Assembly (NCBI GenBank): GCA_018223105.1
Contig: JAAEYY010000006.1
Location: forward strand, 72,806-136,805
Direction of reading: 5' to 3'
From: a bacterium
Lineage (GTDB): Bacteria > Bacteroidota > Bacteroidia > NS11-12g > UBA9320
DNA: 64,000 nt
Shown one piece after another: positions 1 to 8,752 of the stretch. The notes beneath the pieces are model-generated. The model searched no databases. It saw only the letters and a list, made by a program, of their open reading frames with translations, and had not been told where the DNA came from. Both the position numbers and the translations under genes were made by a program. How positions within the stretch are numbered: position 1 is the stretch's first letter; each line of letters starts with the position of its first letter.

Positions 1-1
1 A

Positions 2-133
2 GCAAACTATATGGAAGTGCTTTTAACACAGCGAGATATGTTGGACGCAAGATTTGAGCTGGTAGAAACAAAGATGAAACAAATGAATGCTACCGTTAAT
101 GTTTATAGAGCACTAGGTGGCGGCTGGAAATAA
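2..133 (+). CDS. 3' end of an outer membrane efflux factor (TolC/OprM/NodT family), partial
   Basis: Not in the ORF track. Frame 2 reads ANYMEVLLTQRDMLDARFELVETKMKQMNATVNVYRALGGGWK*. The terminal YRALGGGW is the OMF family signature. Confidence 0.9.
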   Translation, partial: ANYMEVLLTQRDMLDARFELVETKMKQMNATVNVYRALGGGWK

Positions 134-140
134 TTGGTTT

Positions 141-281
141 AGTGTAGGTAGGTGTTGATTGGACTAAGTTTAGTTCGCAATCAGTTTCATAGTCTTAGAC
201 ACCTATTTGGATCGATAAGCTAGCGCGGGTAAAAGTGTAGGTTGCACGTATTAGTTCGATTTACTCGCGCTTAGCTTTTTT
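141..281 (+). ncRNA. Putative structured 3'-UTR/sRNA element ending in a terminator-like stem and U-tract
   Basis: Manual pairing gives stem 145-155/199-209, inner hairpin 156-183, and a ~17 bp stem 217-233/260-277 followed by a T-run. Motifs AGTGTAGGT and TTAGTTCG each occur twice. Confidence 0.4.
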
Positions 282-291
282 ATTACGCTAA

Positions 292-876
292 TTGCAGATC
301 AAAAGATTGATTCGTATAATGCAGGTGTCTTATATGGAATCGGTAAAAAGCCCCAATAAAAACCAAAAACCCATTATTGTCCAGAATAATTTCATGCTGC
401 CCTTGCACGCTGTAATTGGCGGAGTTATTTTTCTTGTTTTAGGAACCTATTATTTAATCACAGACCCCGGGCTATGGTGGTTCTACTCCATTGGAATTGT
501 ATTAGGATCGCTGGCCTTAACTGCTCGAACCGGTTTTGAATACGATATTAGGGGAGGGCGATTCAGAAATTTCAATAGCATATACTTCACTCGATTTGGC
601 AAGTGGTATTTTGTTCGGGATTACCCCGACATTGCCATCATCAGAAGGAGAGTGAGAGGCCGTTCGGGAAGAAATGCTTTTGCTACGGAAGTGATACAGT
701 ATTATCAGCTCACTCTGTTATCTGAAGATCACCGAAGAAAGATAGAAATGCTAAGAGTGCCGACAGAAAATGAAGCTCGAGAATTAATTGAGATTCTGGC
801 CGAAGATTTAGGCATGAATGCAACAGATTATAGCCCGGAAGTAAGCGAGGCTACCCGAAGAAGAAGGTATAGATAA
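292..876 (+). CDS. Hypothetical membrane protein (2 TM plus soluble domain); paralog of the next gene
   Basis: Two hydrophobic segments. Shares GKWxF..D..DIAI and SEAT..RYR with 877-1407. True start is probably ATG 319 or 334. Confidence 0.75.
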   Translation: MQIKRLIRIMQVSYMESVKSPNKNQKPIIVQNNFMLPLHAVIGGVIFLVLGTYYLITDPGLWWFYSIGIVLGSLALTARTGFEYDIRGGRFRNFNSIYFTRFGKWYFVRDYPDIAIIRRRVRGRSGRNAFATEVIQYYQLTLLSEDHRRKIEMLRVPTENEARELIEILAEDLGMNATDYSPEVSEATRRRRYR

Positions 877-1407
877 ATGGCGAAGTCCAATTTTAAAAAT
901 AGAACATTGTACTCTGATAATATTTTTGGATATTCCAGCAACCTTATGGGGCTTGGGATTATAGGATTTACCATATATGGCTATCTAAACTACAGTGATT
1001 TTAATACTTTTTTAGCGATTGGAGGGGTACTCTTTGGCCTGGCCTTTTTCTCTTTTCGATACGGAGTGGAGTACAATATTGCTGCTGGTCAGATACGACA
1101 TTTCACCATGTACTTTTATGTAAAAAGAGGGAAATGGCATTTTTTAAAAGACTTTACCGATATAGCTATTGTAAAGGATAGAGGCACAGGTCCGATCACA
1201 TCAAATCATGAGCGTTATGATTCTAGAAAAGAGCATTTAATAGTAATCCTTACAAAAAATCACTTAAGGAGAATTCCGGTTTCCAGCTTCTACTCCATGC
1301 CTCCTGCCAGAGCTAAAATGAGACAATTTGCAGAAGAATTGGGTTTAGAGATAACAGAGTATAAACCACAACTTAGTGAGGCAACAAAAGCTAAACGATA
1401 CAGATGA
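877..1407 (+). CDS. Hypothetical membrane protein (2 TM plus soluble domain); tandem paralog
   Basis: Starts directly after the upstream stop and aligns by eye with the previous protein. Confidence 0.8.
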   Translation: MAKSNFKNRTLYSDNIFGYSSNLMGLGIIGFTIYGYLNYSDFNTFLAIGGVLFGLAFFSFRYGVEYNIAAGQIRHFTMYFYVKRGKWHFLKDFTDIAIVKDRGTGPITSNHERYDSRKEHLIVILTKNHLRRIPVSSFYSMPPARAKMRQFAEELGLEITEYKPQLSEATKAKRYR

Positions 1408-1474
1408 TCTAATTTTAGCGTCATTCCTCGATTATTTGTTCGAAATCAATTAAATCCTGCAATTTTTGCCCAAC

Positions 1475-1915
1475 ATGCGAGAACTACGAACTGAAATACA
1501 CATCAATGCCACTCCCGATGAAGTTTGGGAAGAGTTTAAAGACTTTGATTCCTACCACAGTTGGAATCCGTTCATTAAACAGATTAAAGGAGAGGTGGAA
1601 GAAGGGAAAAAGTTTGGAGTGGAGTTACAGCCACCCGGCGGACAAAAAATGGCCTTCAAACCAAAATGCCTTGAATTTAGACCGGGTAAATTGAGATGGT
1701 TGGGACATTTAGGTATGAAAGGGATTTTTGATGGAGAACACATCTTTGAATTAGAGAAACAGGAGTTTGGAACCTTATTCATTCAGCGAGAAAAATTTAA
1801 AGGGGTACTAATCCCGCTTGTATGGAAGCAACTCGATACTCAAACCAGGAAAGGATTTGAAGCCATGAACCTCGCTCTTAAAGAAAGAGTAGAAAATAAA
1901 ACAAAGGAAAGCTGA
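1475..1915 (+). CDS. SRPBCC/polyketide-cyclase-like (START-fold) protein
   Basis: TEIHINATPDEVW..DFDSYHSWNPF and GFEAMNLALKERVE motifs. Start moved to ATG 1475. Confidence 0.85.
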   Translation: MRELRTEIHINATPDEVWEEFKDFDSYHSWNPFIKQIKGEVEEGKKFGVELQPPGGQKMAFKPKCLEFRPGKLRWLGHLGMKGIFDGEHIFELEKQEFGTLFIQREKFKGVLIPLVWKQLDTQTRKGFEAMNLALKERVENKTKES

Positions 1916-1951
1916 TACCCAACATTTTATAGTTTCTGTTGTTCATACAAC

Positions 1952-2638
1952 ATGGGAAATTATCTAATTGTCGGTGGCTCTTCTGGTATTGGGTCATCCA
2001 TTTGTGAGAGCTTGGCTGAAGAGGGTCATAATGTCTATGCTACCTTCAACTCAAGGGAGAAAACATCAGATCGCATAAATTTTCAAAAATTCAATGTTCT
2101 TGAAGATGGAAAACTGGACTTACCGGAAACATTAGACGGCGTAGTATATTGTCCCGGTTCAATAAAACTCAAACCATTTCAGCGTTTGAAAAAAGAAGAT
2201 TTTCTGGAGGACTATCAACTTCAACACATCGGTGCAGTGAATGTAATTCAACAGGCGCTGCCTGCACTTAAGAAATCTGGTGAAGCTTCAGTAGTGGTGT
2301 TTTCAACGGTGGCCGTTAATAGAGGATTCAATTTTCACAGTTTAGTTGCGAGTTCTAAAGGCGCACTAGAAGGACTTACCAAATCCTTAGCGGCTGAGTT
2401 TGCACCCAAAATTAGATTTAATGCAATAGCACCATCGCTTACAGATACTCCTTTAGCTTCTTCTCTCTTAAGTTCAGATGATAAACGCGATGCAAACGCT
2501 AAAAGACATCCCATGAAACGTATCGGCACACCCCAAGATATGGCTTCTCTAGCCACATTTCTACTGGGAAAATCCTCTTCATGGATCACCGGTCAAGTTA
2601 TTCAGGTTGATGGCGGTATAACTTCAATAAACAGCTGA
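1952..2638 (+). CDS. Short-chain dehydrogenase/reductase (atypical active site)
   Basis: GGSSGIG Rossmann motif, IRFNAIAP, ITGQVIQVDGG. YxxxK is replaced by VASSK. Confidence 0.9.
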   Translation: MGNYLIVGGSSGIGSSICESLAEEGHNVYATFNSREKTSDRINFQKFNVLEDGKLDLPETLDGVVYCPGSIKLKPFQRLKKEDFLEDYQLQHIGAVNVIQQALPALKKSGEASVVVFSTVAVNRGFNFHSLVASSKGALEGLTKSLAAEFAPKIRFNAIAPSLTDTPLASSLLSSDDKRDANAKRHPMKRIGTPQDMASLATFLLGKSSSWITGQVIQVDGGITSINS

Positions 2639-3117
2639 TGGGAATCTACAAATTTGAAGCGGAGCAATTGCTCAATGCAGACTTGGATGAGCTATGGGAT
2701 TTTATCTCATCTCCGGCAAACCTTAAAAAGATTACACCTCCAAGTATGGGCTTCGACATAACGAGCGGAGATCTTCCCGAAAAAATGTATGAGGGCATGA
2801 TGATCAGCTATATTGTTAAACCCCTTGCGGGAATTCCAATGACTTGGCTTACCGAGATTACGCATGTTCAAGACCGGGAATTCTTTGTGGATGAGCAGCG
2901 TTCAGGGCCATATACAATTTGGCATCATGAGCACCATCTAATCCCAACAGAAAAGGGGGTCTTAATGAAAGATATCATCACCTATAAACCTCCCTTCGGG
3001 ATTTTGGGCAGTATCGCAAATGGTATTGTGGTCCGACCCAAGATTAAGCAAATATTTGAATATCGTAAAAAAGTCCTTGAGAAAGAATTCAATGGAAATT
3101 CTAACTTGCAAGGGTGA
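2638..3117 (+). CDS. SRPBCC family protein
   Basis: SSPANLKKITPP and FVDEQRSGPYTIWHHEH motifs. TGATG coupling to the SDR gene. Confidence 0.88.
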   Translation: MGIYKFEAEQLLNADLDELWDFISSPANLKKITPPSMGFDITSGDLPEKMYEGMMISYIVKPLAGIPMTWLTEITHVQDREFFVDEQRSGPYTIWHHEHHLIPTEKGVLMKDIITYKPPFGILGSIANGIVVRPKIKQIFEYRKKVLEKEFNGNSNLQG

Positions 3118-4064
3118 GAACCGGTTTATCTATATTTCTTCTTTCTTTTCTATTAACAGCTTGTAACTCAGCGGACAATCAAGCAGAGACACATGAGTTT
3201 AAAGCAGGAGTTTCTGTAATAGTCCTTGGAAATGTGCAGGATGCAGGATCTCCACATATCGCTTGTGAGAAATCTTGTTGTACAGAACTCAGTGAAAAAG
3301 AAGCATTTAACAGACTAGTAAGTTGCTTGGGCTTGGTTGACTTCGAGCTTGAAGATAGCTATCTCTTTGATGCAAGCCCGGATCTAACACAACAATTGAA
3401 ACTTCTTCAGGATTTTTCAGATTTTGAAACTGAAATTCCCACAGGTGTATTTCTTACTCATGCCCATATTGGACATTATACAGGTTTGATGTATTTTGGG
3501 CGAGAAGCGGTTTCGGCAGATTCAGTGCCAGTGTACGTTATGCCGGGAATGCAGCAGTTCTTGGAATCCAACGGTCCCTGGGATCAACTAGTTAATTTAG
3601 GAAATATAAAACTAAAAGGATTAGATACAACTGGATTAACCCTCAATAAGAATATTAGAGTAACTCCTATTTGTGTGCCTCATCGTGATGAATATTCCGA
3701 AACAGTGGGTTTCTTAATTGATGGTCCTAATAAAACGCTATTATTTATTCCTGATATCGACAAATGGGATAAGTGGATTTATAAGATTGAAACCTTAATC
3801 GAGAATGTGGACTATGCCTTAATTGATGGAACCTTTTACGATAATGAAGAGCTCCCCAATAGAGACATGTCGGAAATTCCACATCCTTTTGTAATTGAAA
3901 GTATGGCTTTGTTTCAAGATTTACCAGCAGAGGAAAAGAACAAAGTGTGGTTCATACATTTTAACCATACCAATCCTTTATTAGATCAGAATTCTTCTGC
4001 TACCAAAGAAGTAGAAAAACTTGGGTTCAATGTGGCTCGCTTAGGCGATACTTTTCAACTTTAG
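3114..4064 (+). CDS. PqqB-like metallo-beta-lactamase-fold hydrolase, predicted lipoprotein
   Basis: VLGNVQDAGSPH, DASPD, THAHIGH, HRDEYSET, IHFNHTNP motifs. Lipobox LLTAC. Confidence 0.8.
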   Translation: MRTGLSIFLLSFLLTACNSADNQAETHEFKAGVSVIVLGNVQDAGSPHIACEKSCCTELSEKEAFNRLVSCLGLVDFELEDSYLFDASPDLTQQLKLLQDFSDFETEIPTGVFLTHAHIGHYTGLMYFGREAVSADSVPVYVMPGMQQFLESNGPWDQLVNLGNIKLKGLDTTGLTLNKNIRVTPICVPHRDEYSETVGFLIDGPNKTLLFIPDIDKWDKWIYKIETLIENVDYALIDGTFYDNEELPNRDMSEIPHPFVIESMALFQDLPAEEKNKVWFIHFNHTNPLLDQNSSATKEVEKLGFNVARLGDTFQL

Positions 4065-4771
4065 TCAATAGGTGCAGGAGGTGAAGATCGAGTCAGACTA
4101 GGGTTGTAGAATAAGGCCAATTGACCATTATACTCATAGTCACTACTCACCTTTTGATGAAGAATACCGGCTTGTATACCAAGATTATTTCGGATTTGAT
4201 AACCCACTGCAGCATAAGCTCTGTTTTGATCAAAATAGTTGGCATCACCTTTAATGAAAATCTCATCATAAGCCGCCAAGTAAAAGCTGCCTTTGGAGAT
4301 TTTGGGATTATTCAGTGGAAAGGCAGTATAAAGGCGATATCTCAACCTGTTTTTGTAGTCCTTCTCAATCCAACGCTGTTCCGTTCTGTAACGATGTTCA
4401 AATGCAAACCGACCTACGTTTTGTCGAAGAATTAGTTGTTGCCAAATCCGGTGTTCCAGAACAGGAGTACCACTGAGTCTTGTATCTATATAAGCATAAC
4501 CGGCAGTGACCATAGCCTGCTCAGTTAAGTTGTAATTGAGTCCAACGCGAGTCAATAGCTGTTCATACTTGATTTCATCAAAAGAATTAACTCGATGCTG
4601 TATTTCATGGTGTATGCTGAAGTTCTGATTCAGCTTAAACTGACCAAAATACATCAGCCAGTATCCCGGTCGGTCATAGGCTTGAACAGAACCTGATGAA
4701 CCAATGATCATCAGGCCTGTTATACATAATTTAATAAGAGGATTCTTAATTAGCTCACTTAGTATCATCAA
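4061..4771 (-). CDS. DUF2490 family outer membrane beta-barrel protein
   Basis: EHRIWQQ, EHRYRTEQRW, NRLRYR, FDQNRAY motifs. Signal peptide. Typical neighbour of SulP. Confidence 0.85.
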   Translation of the reverse strand: MMILSELIKNPLIKLCITGLMIIGSSGSVQAYDRPGYWLMYFGQFKLNQNFSIHHEIQHRVNSFDEIKYEQLLTRVGLNYNLTEQAMVTAGYAYIDTRLSGTPVLEHRIWQQLILRQNVGRFAFEHRYRTEQRWIEKDYKNRLRYRLYTAFPLNNPKISKGSFYLAAYDEIFIKGDANYFDQNRAYAAVGYQIRNNLGIQAGILHQKVSSDYEYNGQLALFYNPSLTRSSPPAPID

Positions 4772-6353
4772 TCATTCTATTAAACCTTTCCACCGGATTA
4801 GCATCTTTATTTGCAATCGATAAACCTCTCACCTCGAAAATGATATTTTTAGACTTGGCATTCTCAGCAAAGTTTTCAAGAATCTCGGTAACATCGGGAT
4901 GTATACTTACAGTTTTAGAACCATCAACTATTACCGTACTATCCTCCGGCATAAGCTGCAATGTTCTTTGGAGTCTCGCTTTATTTAAGAAGCTCACTTC
5001 TTGTGCAAGTTGTATGGTTATAGGTTCACCTTTTTTATGGTCATCGAGGCTCACTCTATAAGGATTCATATAGTTTTTCCATAGAATGAATATGATAGCT
5101 ACGGCCATACCCATTCCAATGCCCCATAATAAATCACTGAATACAATAACCACTATAGTTACAATGAAAGGTAAAAACTGTTCCCAACCCGCTTTGTACA
5201 TTAATTTAAATAAACTGGGCTTCGCGAGCTTATAGCCTACTATAAATAGAATTGCTGCTAAACTTGCCAAGGGGATAAGGTTTAAGATTTCAGGTATAAA
5301 TGCGGCTGTAACTAATAATAATATCCCGTGTATAAATGCTGATGCTTTGGTCTTTCCACCTGATTGAATATTAGCTGAACTTCTTACGATTACCTGGGTT
5401 ATAGGCAAGCCACCAATAAATCCACTTACGATATTACCAACTCCCTGCGCCATTAGTTCACGGTTGGTTGGAGTCACTCTTTTTTGAGGATCGAGTTTAT
5501 CTGTAGCTTCCACACAAAGCAGAGTTTCCAAACTTGCAACTAAAGCCATAGTCGCAGCGAGAATATAGATTTTAGGGTTGTCCCATGCACTAAAATCAGG
5601 AGTAGTAAATTGATCAATAAAACCATTGAAAGATTCTGCAACCGGAATATTTACTAGATGAGAAGGGTCTAATGTCTTTCCCGTAGACTGAAAATAAAGA
5701 TTAAGTCCTATACCGGAAAGTACAGCAACTAATGGACCTTGTATAATGTTAAAAATGGCTTTTTTCTTCATGAAAGGCCGTTCCCAAAGCAGTAAAATAC
5801 CAAGAGCCACCATGCTAATAATTGTGGCTTCCATATTGGTTTGATCCAACATGTTACCTATTTCTGTGAAGGTGTTCTCTCCGTCGCGCTGATGGAAATT
5901 GATATCACCTTCGTAGTCTTGGTCGTAACCAAATGCATGTGGTATCTGCTTTAGAAATATGATAATTCCTATGCCAGACAACATTCCTTTTATTACAGAG
6001 GAAGGAAAATAATATCCTATAACTCCTGCTTTAAGGATAGAGAATAGAATCTGGATGACTCCTGCAACTACCACAGCAAATAAAAATACCTCGAAAGTTG
6101 GCAAGTCTTGAATGGCACTGTAGACTATTGCGGCTAATCCCGCGGCCGGCCCCGAAACTCCCAAAGGAGATCCACTGAGCAAGGCTACAACAGTACCTCC
6201 AACAATACCGGCAATGATTCCGGAGAAAAGAGGTGCTCCGGATGCCAAAGCAATTCCTAAACAAAGTGGCATGGCCACAAGAAAGACTACAAGTGATGCC
6301 GGTGCATCAGACTTAATGTTGGAAAAGAATCCTTCTGATTTTTTTGGACTCAT
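4755..6353 (-). CDS. SulP/SLC26 inorganic anion (probably bicarbonate) transporter
   Basis: VVFLVAMPLCLGIALASGAP, SGPAAG, GGLPITQVIVRSSAN motifs and a C-terminal STAS-like region. Confidence 0.93.
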   Translation of the reverse strand: MSPKKSEGFFSNIKSDAPASLVVFLVAMPLCLGIALASGAPLFSGIIAGIVGGTVVALLSGSPLGVSGPAAGLAAIVYSAIQDLPTFEVFLFAVVVAGVIQILFSILKAGVIGYYFPSSVIKGMLSGIGIIIFLKQIPHAFGYDQDYEGDINFHQRDGENTFTEIGNMLDQTNMEATIISMVALGILLLWERPFMKKKAIFNIIQGPLVAVLSGIGLNLYFQSTGKTLDPSHLVNIPVAESFNGFIDQFTTPDFSAWDNPKIYILAATMALVASLETLLCVEATDKLDPQKRVTPTNRELMAQGVGNIVSGFIGGLPITQVIVRSSANIQSGGKTKASAFIHGILLLVTAAFIPEILNLIPLASLAAILFIVGYKLAKPSLFKLMYKAGWEQFLPFIVTIVVIVFSDLLWGIGMGMAVAIIFILWKNYMNPYRVSLDDHKKGEPITIQLAQEVSFLNKARLQRTLQLMPEDSTVIVDGSKTVSIHPDVTEILENFAENAKSKNIIFEVRGLSIANKDANPVERFNRMIDDTK

Positions 6354-6431
6354 AAAATATTATTATGCTTTAAAATATAGACTAAGGTTTTGTGAAAAAT
6401 GCCAGGTATTGGCTGAAGTGATTTTGAAATA

Positions 6432-6773
6432 TTAGCAAGAAAATTCCGGTGGAGGAGTATAGATCTCCAAAAGTGGAGGCATTTCTGCTTTGAAACTTCG
6501 CTCTTTAATTAATGTCTTTTGTTCTGATTTTTCTTGAGATAAGCTGCGGTGCTCCGATAAAAAGATCTCAAAGTCTTCGTCTAGTTCTGATTCACTACTC
6601 TCAGTATCAGTCTCAACTTCTTCCGATAATTCCATAGAATTATCCCAAAGAAAATGCATGCTGTTGATTAGAATCGTAGGTACTGCAATCATTAGCAAAC
6701 CATAGATCAAAAGCACTTTGGCATTTGCTTTAAGTACTGTAGAAAATGATCCTTGAGAATGCTGCTTTGACAT
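6432..6773 (-). CDS. Small protein: hydrophobic segment, acidic linker, terminal TPPPE (putative leader peptide)
   Basis: ORF 6432..6815, start more likely ATG 6773. Contains EEVETDTESSESELDEDFE and ends LEIYTPPPEFSC. Lies directly upstream of SulP on the same strand. Confidence 0.65.
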   Translation of the reverse strand: MSKQHSQGSFSTVLKANAKVLLIYGLLMIAVPTILINSMHFLWDNSMELSEEVETDTESSESELDEDFEIFLSEHRSLSQEKSEQKTLIKERSFKAEMPPLLEIYTPPPEFSC

Positions 6774-6861
6774 ATAAATCCCAACAAAGGAAGCAGTAAC
6801 GGTAGTCAAATGCAAACTATTTAACGCTCAAAAATATTAGTGCAATATGTATTTTTACAAA

Positions 6862-7242
6862 ATGAGATTTCTAACGCTTGCCCTGACATGCTTCTGGTTT
6901 AGTTGCTTTGCGCAGCAAGATTCATTATATAGTGATTATGATACGATGCCTCAGTATGAAGAAGGACTTCATGCACTTTATATATTCTTTTCTGAAAATA
7001 TTGCCTATCCTGAGGAAGCAGTTTCAGACAGCGTTGAAGGTACGGTTCGCTTATGTTTTAATATTGATACCAATGGCAATGTTGAGTTTAAGCAATTTGT
7101 TTCAGATCGCATCGGATCAGGTTTAGAGGAAGAGGCTCTAAGAGTTCTTATGTTAACAGACGGGCATTGGCTTCCTGCTACAAAAGATGGAAAAGCAGTT
7201 ATTGGTAGTCTTAGTCTTCCAATACGTTTTCAATTAGAGTAG
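6862..7242 (+). CDS. TonB C-terminal domain protein (energy transducer TonB family)
   Basis: YPEEA...EGTVRLCFNIDTNG...EEALRV...WLPA...LPIRF. Signal peptide ending FAQ. Start ATG 6862. Confidence 0.85.
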   Translation: MRFLTLALTCFWFSCFAQQDSLYSDYDTMPQYEEGLHALYIFFSENIAYPEEAVSDSVEGTVRLCFNIDTNGNVEFKQFVSDRIGSGLEEEALRVLMLTDGHWLPATKDGKAVIGSLSLPIRFQLE

Positions 7243-7259
7243 GTAATTGTGATAACCTG

Positions 7260-7685
7260 CTATAATCCTAGCAGTTGCTCAGATTTTAGCTTATGATAAT
7301 GCAATGCCGCGTGAATACATTTTTTAATTAACGGTTTAGGAGGATCTTCATTTAACAGCATCACTACGGCCCTGTTTCCTTCATATCTCAGTTCATCACC
7401 AAAAACAGCTTTAAAACTCGATACAAGTTTACTTGAACAACTAAAATACAAAGCATACTGCTCAGGCGACTTCTCTTTCCAATCCATTCTTAAAGTACTA
7501 CCTATCTTGGTGATATAACTAGGCTCACCCCATTTTAAGGTTTCTTGTACTTCTGCTATTTGGTCGGACTCTTGAGCTACAAGTTCTATTAAATTTCGTA
7601 TTTCTTGAAGTTTGGTTTGTACCAGATCCGGATAGGATTTAATGATAGCTAAAGTAGCAGGGTTTGATTTAAGTTTAGAGCTCAT
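7260..7685 (-). CDS. DUF1801 family protein
   Basis: ETLKWGEPSY, GSTLRMDWK, YEGNRA motifs. Confidence 0.8.
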   Translation of the reverse strand: MSSKLKSNPATLAIIKSYPDLVQTKLQEIRNLIELVAQESDQIAEVQETLKWGEPSYITKIGSTLRMDWKEKSPEQYALYFSCSSKLVSSFKAVFGDELRYEGNRAVVMLLNEDPPKPLIKKCIHAALHYHKLKSEQLLGL

Positions 7686-7755
7686 TTTTCTTAACGATGC
7701 TCAAATTATATTAGAAACTCAATCAAATCAAGTATGAACACCAGAATCAGTATTT

Positions 7756-8643
7756 TTACTTTAAATGCTTCTCAGCATGATAGCTGGATCGAACCAATGG
7801 CCCACTTTCAATATAGTCGAATCCAAGATCTTCACCGATAGCTTTGTACTTCGCGAATTGATCCGGATGTACATATTCCGCCACCTTCAAATGACGACCC
7901 GTTGGTTGCATATATTGTCCTAATGTGATGATCTCAACCCCTACGTTTCTCAAATCTCGCATGGTTTCAATAACCTCTTCTTCAGTTTCTCCCATTCCGC
8001 ACATTAAACCGCTTTTCGTTTTCATGCCCTGAGACTTCAAGTATTCAAGCACAAATAAACTTCTGTCATACTTAGCCTGAACTCGAACTTCTTTAGTAAG
8101 TCTTCGTACAGTTTCAATATTATGAGAAACAATTTCCGGATGAACGGCAACAATGTTATCAATTTGGTCTGTTTTTCCTTGAAAATCGGGAATAAGAGTC
8201 TCCAAAGTAACGTCCGGATTAAACTCGCGAATAGCCTGTACTGTTTTTGCCCAGTGTCCTGATCCTCCATCCGGTAAGTCGTCTCTATCTACTGAGGTAA
8301 TTACAGCGTGTTTGATGCCCATCATGTTAATAGATTGCGCCACTTTAAATGGCTCTAAACTATCGAGAATATCGCCTTTTCCGGTTGCTACATTGCAAAA
8401 CTGACATGAACGGGTACAGGTATTACCCAAAATCATGAAAGTAGCAGTTCCTACTCCCCAACACTCCCCAATATTCGGACACTTTCCGCTTTCGCAAATC
8501 GTGTGTAATTTGTTTTCACGGACAAGTTTAAGCATGTCGCGGTATTTCCCGTCGCCCGGGATTTGAGTTTTCAACCAATCAGGTTTAACCCTCTTATTTT
8601 GCTTAATCTTTACTTCCGGTTTGTTCTCAATCTTGTTCGGCAT
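7756..8643 (-). CDS. lipA: Lipoyl synthase
   Basis: CESGKCPNIGEC, radical SAM motif CTRSCQFC, and C-terminal RSSYHA. Confidence 0.98.
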   Translation of the reverse strand: MPNKIENKPEVKIKQNKRVKPDWLKTQIPGDGKYRDMLKLVRENKLHTICESGKCPNIGECWGVGTATFMILGNTCTRSCQFCNVATGKGDILDSLEPFKVAQSINMMGIKHAVITSVDRDDLPDGGSGHWAKTVQAIREFNPDVTLETLIPDFQGKTDQIDNIVAVHPEIVSHNIETVRRLTKEVRVQAKYDRSLFVLEYLKSQGMKTKSGLMCGMGETEEEVIETMRDLRNVGVEIITLGQYMQPTGRHLKVAEYVHPDQFAKYKAIGEDLGFDYIESGPLVRSSYHAEKHLK

Positions 8644-8653
8644 AATTGCGTTG

Positions 8654-8661
8654 CAAATGTA
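8654..8661 (-). promoter_or_regulatory. Bacteroidota sigma-A -7 box for lipA
   Basis: TACATTTG matches TAnnTTTG, 10 nt before the ATG. Confidence 0.7.
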
Positions 8662-8733
8662 ATATTGCTATCCTGTAATTACATTTTAATACCATTTTTG
8701 TTTCTCTTTATACGATGAGCATTTCAACATCGT

Positions 8734-8741
8734 TAGATTTG
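8734..8741 (+). promoter_or_regulatory. Sigma-A -7 box for the porZ-recO unit
   Basis: TAGATTTG, 11 nt before ATG 8753. Confidence 0.65.
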
Positions 8742-8752
8742 TGCAATTCAGA

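Noticed and set aside
3114-4064. PQQ biosynthesis locus
   Set aside because: No pqqA, pqqC, pqqD or pqqE in the window, and the protein appears to be exported.
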